A DNA stretch of 64,000 nucleotides from Vicinamibacterales bacterium (GTDB lineage: Bacteria; Acidobacteriota; Vicinamibacteria; Vicinamibacterales; UBA2999). The stretch covers positions 228 to 64,227 of the forward strand of contig CAXNKG010000012.1 of NCBI GenBank assembly GCA_964202965.1, written 5' to 3'. Shown here one piece after another: positions 45,879-54,423 of this stretch; position 1 is the first letter of the stretch; every line of letters starts with the position of its first letter. The position numbers were made by a program, and so were the translations under genes. Below the pieces are notes generated by a model, which did no database searches, had not been told where the DNA came from, and was given only the letters and a program-made list of their open reading frames with translations.

Positions 45879-47108
45879 ATGCGCCGAGTCGTCATCGCAT
45901 TTCTTCTTGTCATGTGCGCCAGCAGTGCAGGCATGGCGCAATCCTCGAGTGATGTCACGCAGTGGCGCGGCGCCAATCGCGACGGCGTGGTGACCGGGTT
46001 CGCGGCGCCGGCCGCATGGCCCGAGCAGCTGACGCAGCGGTGGAAGGTCGAGGTCGGCTTCGGCTACGCCACGCCGCTGGTTGTCGGCACCCGCGTCTAC
46101 GTCTTTGCGCGCCAGGCAGACGACGAAGTGATGCTCGCGCTGGATGCTGCGACGGGCAAGCAGATCTGGCGCACGGCGTATGCCGCCCCCTACGAGATGA
46201 ACAGCGCGGCCAAGCCGCACGGCCCCGGCCCCAAGTCGACGCCGGTCTTCTCGAACGGCCGGCTCTATGCCATCGGCATGACCGGAGTCGTGACGGCATT
46301 TGACGCGGCGAGCGGCAAGCAGATCTGGCAGAAACCAGGCTCGGTGCCCGTGCCGATATACACGTCACATGCCTTCTCGCCGGTCATCGAGGGTGGCACG
46401 GTGATCTTTCATGTCGGCGGCCACGACAAGGGCGCGCTGACCGCCTACGACGTCAACACGGGCGCGGTGCGCTGGGCGTGGGCCGGCGACGGTCCCGGCT
46501 ACGGGTCGCCGATCGTCGGCGCCTTCGGCGGCGTCCGGCAGCTCGTCACCATTACACAGGGCAAGCTGGTTGGCGTGGACGCCGCGACGGGTGCCGCGCT
46601 GTGGGAGCGCCCCCTCGTCAGCCCGAACTTCACGAACTCGATCACCCCAGTCAAGTTCGGCGACTCGGTCATCGTCTGGGGACATGGCGGGCCGATGACG
46701 GCATTCTCGATCGCGCGCCGCGACAACAAGTGGGTGGCCGAGACCGCATGGGAAAACGCGGACCTGCCGGGCCGCATGAGCAACTCGGTCCTCGACGGCG
46801 ACGTCATGTTCGGGCTGACGAGCCGCAACATGGGGCAGTACTACGGTGTCGAGGCGAAGACGGGCAAGACGCTCTGGTCGTCCGATCCGCGCCAGGCCGC
46901 CAACGCGGCCATGCTGCGCGCCGGCAACTTCATTTTCAGCCTGGAGCAGGACGGCGAGCTGCTCATCCTGCGAAACAGCCGCACCGCCTTCGAGGTGGTG
47001 AAGCGCTACAAGGTGGCGGAGACCGACACGTGGGCGCAGCCGGCCATGTCGGGCAACCGCATCTTCGTGAAGGATCTGTCGAGCCTGACGCTCTGGGCGA
47101 TCAATTAG
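45879..47108 (+). CDS. PQQ-like beta-propeller repeat protein, secreted
   Basis: Signal peptide MRRVVIAFLLVMCASSAGMAQ, DVTQWRGANRDGVV, propeller blades. The stop overlaps the convergent ACAD stop (TTAG, 47105-47108). Confidence 0.8.
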   Translation: MRRVVIAFLLVMCASSAGMAQSSSDVTQWRGANRDGVVTGFAAPAAWPEQLTQRWKVEVGFGYATPLVVGTRVYVFARQADDEVMLALDAATGKQIWRTAYAAPYEMNSAAKPHGPGPKSTPVFSNGRLYAIGMTGVVTAFDAASGKQIWQKPGSVPVPIYTSHAFSPVIEGGTVIFHVGGHDKGALTAYDVNTGAVRWAWAGDGPGYGSPIVGAFGGVRQLVTITQGKLVGVDAATGAALWERPLVSPNFTNSITPVKFGDSVIVWGHGGPMTAFSIARRDNKWVAETAWENADLPGRMSNSVLDGDVMFGLTSRNMGQYYGVEAKTGKTLWSSDPRQAANAAMLRAGNFIFSLEQDGELLILRNSRTAFEVVKRYKVAETDTWAQPAMSGNRIFVKDLSSLTLWAIN

Positions 47109-48238
47109 CCGAGAATCTGTTTCGCGATCGTCTGCAGCTGCAGGTTGGACGTGCCCTCGTAGATCTGTCCGATCTTGGCGTCTCGGTACAGCTTCTCCAC
47201 CGGGTAGTCCTTGACGAAGCCGTAGCCGCCATACAGGTTGATCGCGAGCGACGCGACCCGCTCCGCCACTTCTGACGAAAACAGTTTGCACATCGCCGCT
47301 TCCTTGAGGAACGGCACGCGCGCGTCGCGCAGCCGCGCGGCGTTGTAGACCATCAGCCGCGCCGCCTCGATGTCGGTGGCCGCGCGCGCCAGCTGGAACT
47401 GCACGGCCTGGAACTCCGAGATCGCCTTCCCGAACTGTTTGCGCTCGCGCGTGTAGTGGATCGCGTGGTCGAGCGCGCCCTGCGCGAGCCCGATCATCTG
47501 CGCGCCGATGCCGATGCGTCCCTCGTTCAATGTCTCGATCGCCACCTTGTATCCCTTGCCGACCTCGCCGAGGACATTGGCGCGCGGCACCCGGCACTCC
47601 TCGAGCAGCAGCTCGCACGTGCTGCTGGCGCGAATGCCGAGCTTGTCTTCCTTCTTGCCGACCGCGAATCCCTCGAAGCCGCGCTCCACCACGAACGCCG
47701 TGATGCCGCGATAGCCCGCGTCCGCGTTGATGGTAGCGAACACGATGAAGATGTCCGCCTCGTTGGCGTTGGTGATCCAGAGCTTGCGGCCGGTGAGGAG
47801 GAACTCGTCGCCGCTCTCGGTCGCACGCGTGGCGAGCGCAAAGGCATCGCTCCCCGAGCCTGCCTCCGACAGCGCGTAGGCGCCGATGGTCCGCGACGCC
47901 AGCGGGGGCAGGTACCCGCGCTTCAGGTCCTCGGACCCCCACCGCAGCAGCGCATTGACGACGAGCGTGTTCTGGACGTCGACGAGCACGCCGACGGACG
48001 GGTCGACGCGGGAGAGCGCTTCGACGGCGAGTACCGCGTGAAAGAACTGGGCGCCTGATCCGCCCCGCGCCTCCGGTATCTCTATGCCCATCACCCCCAG
48101 CTCGAACAGGCGGTCGATGAGCTGGCGCGGCATCGAGGCCTGCTCGTCCATCTCGCGAACGAGCGGACGAATCTCGCGATTCGCGAACTCGTACACGCTG
48201 TCGCGGAAGAGCGCTTCGTCCTCGTGCAGGGTGGTCAA
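47105..48238 (-). CDS. Acyl-CoA dehydrogenase
   Basis: TTLHEDEALFRDSVYEFANREIRPLV..., YALSEAGSGSDAF, ...IYEGTSNLQLQTIAKQILG. There is no in-frame ATG near the N-terminus, so TTG 48238 is proposed. The 982-aa listed ORF is an upstream run-on. Confidence 0.8.
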   Translation of the reverse strand: MTTLHEDEALFRDSVYEFANREIRPLVREMDEQASMPRQLIDRLFELGVMGIEIPEARGGSGAQFFHAVLAVEALSRVDPSVGVLVDVQNTLVVNALLRWGSEDLKRGYLPPLASRTIGAYALSEAGSGSDAFALATRATESGDEFLLTGRKLWITNANEADIFIVFATINADAGYRGITAFVVERGFEGFAVGKKEDKLGIRASSTCELLLEECRVPRANVLGEVGKGYKVAIETLNEGRIGIGAQMIGLAQGALDHAIHYTRERKQFGKAISEFQAVQFQLARAATDIEAARLMVYNAARLRDARVPFLKEAAMCKLFSSEVAERVASLAINLYGGYGFVKDYPVEKLYRDAKIGQIYEGTSNLQLQTIAKQILG

Positions 48239-48298
48239 TCCGGGGGCCGCATCGCCGTGTGGCAAGGTGCTATTATCGCGGAAAGGCTGACCTTGCGC

Positions 48299-50374
48299 AT
48301 GGACCGCACGCGGATCGCGCTCGTCGCCGCCCTCGCGCTCGGCCTCTGTCAGGCCGGTTCGATGGCGCAGGAACCGCAGCAGGAGCCGCAGCCGGCCGCG
48401 GGCCAGCAGCCGACCTTCCGCGCCGACATCAACTTCGTCCGCGTTGACGTCATCGTCAGCGATGGCAAGGGCGAGCCGGTCACCGACCTGACGCTCGCTG
48501 ACTTCGAAGTCCTCGAAGACGGCCGACCCCAGAAGGTCGAACAGTTCCGCCTCGTTCGCGTCGACGGCAATCCGCGTCCCGGCGATCCGGTCCCGCGGCA
48601 GCTCCGCAACCGGATCGACGAGGAGCTCGAACTCAGCAGGGACGATGTGCGGCTGTTCGTGCTCTTCTTCGACGACTACCACGTGCGGCTCGGCAACTCG
48701 CTCTCGGTCAAGGAGCCGCTGATTCGGTTCGTCCAGACGCAGCTCCGGCCCAACGATGTCGTCGGCATCATGTATCCGCTGACGCCGCTCGACGGCATCT
48801 CGTTCACGCGCAACACGGCGTCGATCGTCAGCGCGATCCAGCGGTTCGAGGGACGCAAGTTCGACTACCGGCCGCGGAACATGCTCGAGGAGCAGTACGC
48901 GCGCGCTCCAACCGAGATCGTGGAGCAGATCCGCAACCAGGTCGTGATGACGGCGTTGCGCGGCCTCTCGACGCGGCTGGGCGGATTGCGCGAGGGACGG
49001 AAGGCGATCATCTACGTCAGCGAAGGGCTGACGGTGCTGCTGCCTCCGCAGATGCGCAACATGGACGCCTCGCAGGGCCGGCTGGGGAATCCGGGCGCCG
49101 GCATCGCGCCCGTCAGTCCGCTGGCCGGGGAGAACAACCCGCGCGAGCAGACGGCCGCGGTCTTCGCGGAAGCGGATCTCTATTCGCAGCTGCGCGACGT
49201 CTTCACGACCGCCAACCGGAACAACGCCGCCATCTATACGCTCGACCCGCGCGGGTTGACCCCGTTCGAGTACGGCATCGACGAAGGCGTCGGGCCGCGG
49301 CAGGATGCCAGCGCGCTGCGGCTGACGCAGGACACGCTGCGGTCGATCGCCGATGAAACCGACGGCCGCGCCATCGTCAATCAGAACGACGTCGGACCCG
49401 GGCTCGCGCAGATCGTCCGCGACTCGAGCTTCTATTACCTCCTGGGCTACACCTCCGCGCAGGCGCCGCAGGACGGCAAGTTTCACCCGATCCAGGTGCG
49501 CGTCCGCAGGCGCGGCGCCGAGGTCCGCGCGCGCAAGGGCTACTGGGCGCTCACGGCCGATGACATCCGCAAGTCCGAGATCGTCACGCCCGACACGCCG
49601 AAGCCGATCCAGCAGGCGCTCGCGTCGATCTCGACGTCGGTGCAGGCCGGCAAGTACGTGCGCACGTGGCTTGGCACGTCGAAGGGCGAGGCGGGGAAGA
49701 CGCGTGTGACGTTGATCTGGGAACCGATCCCGGCATCGGCCGCGGGCGCGCTGCGGAACCAGCCGCAGCCCGGGCGCGTGTCCGTCATTGCGGCGGGCGC
49801 AAACGGCAATCTGGTCTTCAGGGGGCGCGTCCCGGACGCCGCGAGTGCCTCGACCGCGGCGCCCACGACGCCGGCTGCACCGGCGGCGACTGCACCGCAG
49901 CGGCTGGAGTTCGATGCGCCGCCCGGTGAACTCGAGCTCCGACTGTCGGTCGAGGCGGCCGGGGCGGGTGGCGTGCTCGACAGCGAGATCCGCACCATCA
50001 CAATCCCGGACTTGACGGCTCCCGACGCCGCCATCAGCACGCCGCGCGTGCACCGCGCCCGCACGGCGCTCGACTTCCGGGCCATCGCCGCCGATGCTGC
50101 GGCCGTGCCCGCCATCGCGCGCGATTTTTCACGGAGCGAGCGGCTGTTGATTCGCTTTGACGTCTACGGCAACGCCACGCCCACGGCGCTGCTGATGAAT
50201 CGCGCCGGCCAGAAGATGGCGGATGTCCCGGTCGCGGCCGCGACGATCGGCGGCTCGCACCAGATCGACATGAGCCTGGCGGCAATCGCGACCGGCGAAT
50301 ATCTGATTGAAATCACGGTCAGGGGCGCGACCGGCGAGCTGAAAGAGCTCATCCCGCTGCGCATCGGGTCCTAG
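48299..50374 (+). CDS. VWA protein with a VWFA-related acidobacterial domain (TIGR03436-like), secreted
   Basis: ATG 48299 (MDRTRIALVAALALGLCQAGSMAQ), preceded by TGCTATTAT and a GAAAGG SD. FRADINFVRVDVIVSDGKGEPVTDLTLADFEVLEDGRPQKVEQF is the family hallmark. Confidence 0.8.
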   Translation: MDRTRIALVAALALGLCQAGSMAQEPQQEPQPAAGQQPTFRADINFVRVDVIVSDGKGEPVTDLTLADFEVLEDGRPQKVEQFRLVRVDGNPRPGDPVPRQLRNRIDEELELSRDDVRLFVLFFDDYHVRLGNSLSVKEPLIRFVQTQLRPNDVVGIMYPLTPLDGISFTRNTASIVSAIQRFEGRKFDYRPRNMLEEQYARAPTEIVEQIRNQVVMTALRGLSTRLGGLREGRKAIIYVSEGLTVLLPPQMRNMDASQGRLGNPGAGIAPVSPLAGENNPREQTAAVFAEADLYSQLRDVFTTANRNNAAIYTLDPRGLTPFEYGIDEGVGPRQDASALRLTQDTLRSIADETDGRAIVNQNDVGPGLAQIVRDSSFYYLLGYTSAQAPQDGKFHPIQVRVRRRGAEVRARKGYWALTADDIRKSEIVTPDTPKPIQQALASISTSVQAGKYVRTWLGTSKGEAGKTRVTLIWEPIPASAAGALRNQPQPGRVSVIAAGANGNLVFRGRVPDAASASTAAPTTPAAPAATAPQRLEFDAPPGELELRLSVEAAGAGGVLDSEIRTITIPDLTAPDAAISTPRVHRARTALDFRAIAADAAAVPAIARDFSRSERLLIRFDVYGNATPTALLMNRAGQKMADVPVAAATIGGSHQIDMSLAAIATGEYLIEITVRGATGELKELIPLRIGS

Positions 50375-50375
50375 T

Positions 50376-50810
50376 CTGCAATCCATCGCCACAGAACTTC
50401 GCGACGAAATTGCCAGATCCACGACCATCCTGCGCGGGTTCAGCGACGCCGACGCGTCCGCGGGCCTGGGATCGCGGAAGTGGAATCGCAAGGAACTGCT
50501 CGGCCACCTGATCGACTCGGCCGCCAACAACCATCAGCGGATCGTGCGCGCGCAACTGGGCGACGCGCTCGTGTTCCCGGGATACGAGCAGGACAGCTGG
50601 GTGGCGGCGCAGCGCTACCGCAGCCGCGCATGGTCCGAGCTCGTGGACGTCTGGGTCGCCTTCAACACCCAGGTCGCGAGCGCCATCGAATCCGTGCCCG
50701 CCCCCAAGCTGGCAACCCGCTGCGCGATCGGCGCCGGTGAGCCGGTGACACTCGAGTTCCTGATGCAGGACTACCTGCGCCACCTCCGCCACCACCTCGC
50801 GCAGTTCTGA
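50376..50810 (+). CDS. DinB-family protein with no canonical start codon in frame (CTG 50376 proposed)
   Basis: The frame is open from 50343. The translation LQSIATELRDEIARSTTILRGFSD...WNRKELLGHLIDSAANNHQRIVRAQLG continues into listed ORF 50544..50810. There is no ATG, GTG or TTG between the 50340 stop and 50544. Confidence 0.55.
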   Translation: MQSIATELRDEIARSTTILRGFSDADASAGLGSRKWNRKELLGHLIDSAANNHQRIVRAQLGDALVFPGYEQDSWVAAQRYRSRAWSELVDVWVAFNTQVASAIESVPAPKLATRCAIGAGEPVTLEFLMQDYLRHLRHHLAQF

Positions 50811-50830
50811 GCGAACGTACGAGAGCGCGA

Positions 50831-52081
50831 CTACGCGTACATGCCGCGGAGCTTCGTGACGCTGCCGACCCTGGCGATCGCGACGATGTAGGCGGCGGTG
50901 CGCATGTCGCACGTGTACTTGATTGATGTCTGCAGCACGTCGTGGAAGGCCTCGTGCATCTTCTTCTCGAGGCGATCGTTCACGTCGACCTCTTCCCAGA
51001 AGTATCCGTAGCGGTCCTGCACCCACTCGAAGTACGACACGGTGACGCCGCCGGAGTTGGCGAGGATGTCGGGGACGACGAAGATGCCGCGTTCCTGGAG
51101 GATGTTGTTCGCGTCAGGCGTCACCGGCCCGTTGGCCGCCTCGACCAGGATCTTCGCGCGGATGTCCCTCGCGTTCGCGACGGTGATCTGGTTCTCGAGC
51201 GCCGCCGGAATCAGGATGTCGACGTCGAGGCCGAACAGATCCTCATTGCTGAGCGCCTCGCCGTCGGGAAACCCGTCGATGGTCTTGTTCTTCGCGGCGT
51301 ACTCGAGCATCTTCGGCACGTCGAGGCCGTTCGTGTTGTAGACGCCACCCTTGTAGTCGGTAATGGCGACGACCTTCGCGCCGGCCTTCGCGATCAGGTC
51401 GGCCGACACCGATCCCACGTTGCCGAATCCCTGGATCGCGACTGACGATCCGGCGAGCTCCTTCCCGAGGTGCTTCGCCGCTTCGCGCGTGACGATCATG
51501 ACGCCGCGGCCCGTCGCCTCCCGGCGGCCGAGCGATCCGCCCAGCTCGATCGGCTTGCCGGTCACGACAGCCGTCTCGGTGTGGCCGACGTGCATGCTGT
51601 AGGTGTCCATGATCCACGCCATCACCTGTTCGTTGGTGTTGACGTCCGGGGCCGGCACGTCCTTCTCCGGGCCGATCGCTTCGATGATTTCCGCGATGTA
51701 GCGGCGCGTGAGCGCCTCGAGCTCGCGTGCGGACATGCGCGTCGGGTCGCAGATGATGCCGCCCTTGCCGCCGCCGAACGGGATGTGCGCGACGGCGCAT
51801 TTCCACGTCATCCAGGCGGCGAGCGCCGTCACCTCGTCGAGGCTGACATCGGGGTGATACCGGATCCCGCCCTTGGCGGGGCCGAGCGTGATGTTGTATT
51901 GCACCCGGTAGCCGGTAAAGACCTCGATCTCGCCGTTGTCCATCTGGATCGGACACGACACCACAATCTGCCGCTTCGGGTGCGTGAGGATCTTCCAGAT
52001 ACCCGGTTCGAGCTTGAGGAGGCGCGCGGCATCGTCGAACTCCTGCAGCATCGCGCTGAAAATCGGGCCGTGTTCAGCCAT
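50831..52081 (-). CDS. gdhA: Glutamate dehydrogenase (Glu/Leu/Phe/Val dehydrogenase family)
   Basis: [15 protein letters not shown]..., [53 protein letters not shown] 52081 is preceded by TACAAT-N6. Confidence 0.88.
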   Translation of the reverse strand: MAEHGPIFSAMLQEFDDAARLLKLEPGIWKILTHPKRQIVVSCPIQMDNGEIEVFTGYRVQYNITLGPAKGGIRYHPDVSLDEVTALAAWMTWKCAVAHIPFGGGKGGIICDPTRMSARELEALTRRYIAEIIEAIGPEKDVPAPDVNTNEQVMAWIMDTYSMHVGHTETAVVTGKPIELGGSLGRREATGRGVMIVTREAAKHLGKELAGSSVAIQGFGNVGSVSADLIAKAGAKVVAITDYKGGVYNTNGLDVPKMLEYAAKNKTIDGFPDGEALSNEDLFGLDVDILIPAALENQITVANARDIRAKILVEAANGPVTPDANNILQERGIFVVPDILANSGGVTVSYFEWVQDRYGYFWEEVDVNDRLEKKMHEAFHDVLQTSIKYTCDMRTAAYIVAIARVGSVTKLRGMYA

Positions 52082-52087
52082 GCGCTG

Positions 52088-52105
52088 ATTGTACCCGGCT
52101 AGAAT
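52088..52105. promoter_or_regulatory. Back-to-back candidate -10 boxes (TACAAT on - for gdh, TAGAAT on + for the mutase) in a 22-bp spacer
   Basis: TACAAT (complement of 52088-52093) lies 6 nt before ATG 52081. TAGAAT 52100-52105 overlaps ATG 52104 and lies 7 nt before the in-frame GTG 52113. Confidence 0.3.
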
Positions 52106-53693
52106 GAGGAGAGTGGCCTTCACAACGATTTCCGGCCGGGAGATCGCCGAGCTCTACACACCGGCCGACATCGCGACACTCGACTATGCCCGCGACCTGG
52201 CCGACCCGGGCGTCTTTCCCTACACGCGCGGGATTCATCCGACGGGCTATCGCGGCAAGCTCTGGACGATGCGCCAGTTTGCAGGGTTCGGCACACCGGA
52301 GGAAACGAACGAGCGCTACAGGCAGCTGCTGGCCGCAGGCGGCACGGGGCTCAGCGTGGCATTCGACCTGCCGACCCTGATGGGGCGCGACCCGGACCAC
52401 GAGCTGTCGCTCGGCGAAGTGGGCAAGTGCGGCGTGAACGTGACGTCGCTCGCCGACATGGAAGTCCTCTTCGACGGCATCGACCTCAGCGCCGTCACCA
52501 CGTCGATGACGATCAACTCGCCGGCGTCGATGCTGTTCGCGATGTATCTGGTCGTGGCGGAAAAGCAGGGCGCGAGCTGGGACACGCTGTCCGGGACCAT
52601 CCAGAACGACATCCTCAAGGAATTCATCGCGCAGAAGGAATACATCTATCCGCCGCGCCCGTCGATGCGCCTCGTGACCGACACATTCGCGTTCTGCGCC
52701 GAGCGGGTGCCCCGGTGGAACACGATTTCGGTGAGCGGGTACCACATCCGCGAGGCCGGTGCGACGGCGGCGCAGGAGCTCGCGTTCACGCTCCGTGACG
52801 GCATCGAGTACATCCAGTACGGCATCGATGCGGGCCTCGATGTGGACACGTTCGCGCCGCGGATCTCGTTCTTCTTCAACGCCCACAGCGATTTCTTCGA
52901 GGAGATCGCCAAGTACCGGGCGGCGCGCCGGATCTGGGCGCACGTCATGCGCGATCGCTTCAAGGCGAAGAACCCGCGGTCCTGGCAGCTGCGCTTCCAC
53001 ACGCAGACCGCCGGCGTCTCCCTCACCGCCCAGCAGCCATACAACAACGTCGTCCGTACGGCGCTGCAGGCGATGGCCGGGGTGATGGGCGGCACACAGT
53101 CGCTGCACACCAATTCGCTGGATGAGGCGCTCTCCCTGCCGACGACGGAGGCTGCGACCCTCGCCCTCAGGACGCAGCAGATCATTGCGCATGAAACGGG
53201 TGTGACCGCCGAGGCGGACCCGCTGGGCGGCTCGTACTTCGTGGAGCGGCTGACCGCCGACCTCGAGGCCGAAGCGCTGGCGTACTTCGAGGCGATCGAT
53301 CGCATGGGCGGGATGGTCGCCGCGATCGAGCGGGGATACCCGCAGAAGGAAATCGCCGAGAGCGCCTATCGCTTCCAGCAGGCGGTCGAGCGGCGCGAAC
53401 AGATCATCGTCGGTGTGAACGAGTTCGTGGAAGACGATGACGAACGCATCGGCACCCTGTACATCGACGAGACCGTTGCAGACCGGCAGATGGCGCGGCT
53501 GGAACGGGTGCGCGCGCAGCGCGATCCGGCGGCCGTGACGCGCGCCCTGGACGGGCTGCGGGAGGCGGGACGGAGCGACGTCAACACGATGCCGGCGCTG
53601 CTCGATGCGGTCCGCGCGTATGCCACCATTGGAGAGATGTGCGACGCGCTTCGCGTGGTCTGGGGCGAATACGAAGAGGTGCCTGTCATTTGA
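52104..53693 (+). CDS. Methylmalonyl-CoA mutase family, large (catalytic) subunit
   Basis: [57 protein letters not shown]. The start is ATG 52104 or GTG 52113. Confidence 0.88.
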   Translation: MRRVAFTTISGREIAELYTPADIATLDYARDLADPGVFPYTRGIHPTGYRGKLWTMRQFAGFGTPEETNERYRQLLAAGGTGLSVAFDLPTLMGRDPDHELSLGEVGKCGVNVTSLADMEVLFDGIDLSAVTTSMTINSPASMLFAMYLVVAEKQGASWDTLSGTIQNDILKEFIAQKEYIYPPRPSMRLVTDTFAFCAERVPRWNTISVSGYHIREAGATAAQELAFTLRDGIEYIQYGIDAGLDVDTFAPRISFFFNAHSDFFEEIAKYRAARRIWAHVMRDRFKAKNPRSWQLRFHTQTAGVSLTAQQPYNNVVRTALQAMAGVMGGTQSLHTNSLDEALSLPTTEAATLALRTQQIIAHETGVTAEADPLGGSYFVERLTADLEAEALAYFEAIDRMGGMVAAIERGYPQKEIAESAYRFQQAVERREQIIVGVNEFVEDDDERIGTLYIDETVADRQMARLERVRAQRDPAAVTRALDGLREAGRSDVNTMPALLDAVRAYATIGEMCDALRVVWGEYEEVPVI

Positions 53694-54103
53694 CCGATCG
53701 GAAGATCCGCGTCGTCATTGCCAAGCCGGGCCTCGATGGCCACGATCGGGGGGCGCGCGTGATTGCCCGCGCGCTTCGGGATGCGGGCATGGAAGTGATC
53801 TACACAGGGCTGCGCCAGACGCCGGAGATGATCGTGTCGGCCGCGCTGCAGGAGGACGCCGATGTCATCGGCCTGTCCATTCTGTCGGGCGCGCACATGC
53901 ACATCTGCCCGAGGATCATGGCGCTGCTGAAGGACAAGGGGCTGGACGACGTGCGGGTCGTGATCGGCGGCATTATTCCGGACGTGGACATCCCGAAGCT
54001 GCGCGAGGTCGGGATTACGGGGATCTTTCCGCCCGGGACGCGGATGCAGGAGATCGTCGAGTTCATCCGCACGCACGCGCGGTCGCGCGCGGCCTCGCTG
54101 TGA
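53690..54103 (+). CDS. Methylmalonyl-CoA mutase family, small B12-binding subunit
   Basis: The TTG start overlaps the large-subunit stop (TTGA). [36 protein letters not shown] (DxHxxG cobalamin motif). Confidence 0.85.
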   Translation: MTDRKIRVVIAKPGLDGHDRGARVIARALRDAGMEVIYTGLRQTPEMIVSAALQEDADVIGLSILSGAHMHICPRIMALLKDKGLDDVRVVIGGIIPDVDIPKLREVGITGIFPPGTRMQEIVEFIRTHARSRAASL

Positions 54104-54105
54104 TC

Positions 54106-54423
54106 ATGGCCGACGTCGATGCGTACCTCAACGCACTCGAAGCGGCGCTGAAGGCGCGGGAGTTGGCGCCGCCAGACAAGGCGTCACTCGGCAAGGCGCC
54201 GCCCGAGGAGGCCCTGTCCGAGCCCACGCGGACCACAGCACGTCCGCCGGCCGTCGAAACCAGCCTCGTGGCCGAGGCGTTTGCGGCGCTGCTGGCGCTG
54301 GAAGAGGGCGAGCCTGGCGCCAGGCCGGTGCGGCTGGTGGTGGGCGGCGCGGAGCCGCGGCTGTCGGAGGGGTTTCTCGACGAGCTCGCACGCCGCGTGG
54401 CGGAGCGCCTAAAGAATGTCTGA
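54106..54423 (+). CDS. Hypothetical 105-aa protein
   Basis: ATG 54106 lies 2 nt after the previous stop, the 3' end overlaps the valS ATG by 8 nt, and third-position G+C is high. I recognise no family. Confidence 0.4.
   Translation: MADVDAYLNALEAALKARELAPPDKASLGKAPPEEALSEPTRTTARPPAVETSLVAEAFAALLALEEGEPGARPVRLVVGGAEPRLSEGFLDELARRVAERLKNV

Noticed and set aside
37665-47108. Calling the propeller proteins PQQ-dependent dehydrogenases
   Set aside because: At 365-472 aa they are much shorter than quinoprotein alcohol or glucose dehydrogenases. I could not see the Trp-docking and catalytic Asp/Ca-ligand patterns by eye. I use only the generic label PQQ-like/BamB-like beta-propeller.
47105-47108. 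4-nt overlap of convergent stop codons (TTAG) between a propeller gene and the acyl-CoA dehydrogenase
   Set aside because: The overlap is real but probably only reflects genome compaction. No hairpin or regulatory motif is associated with it.
48239-50053. Upstream 600 aa of the listed 982-aa minus-strand ORF (47105..50053)
   Set aside because: Only the last 377 codons or so are acyl-CoA dehydrogenase. The rest is antisense to the well-supported TIGR03436-type VWA gene and has the composition of a high-G+C open frame.
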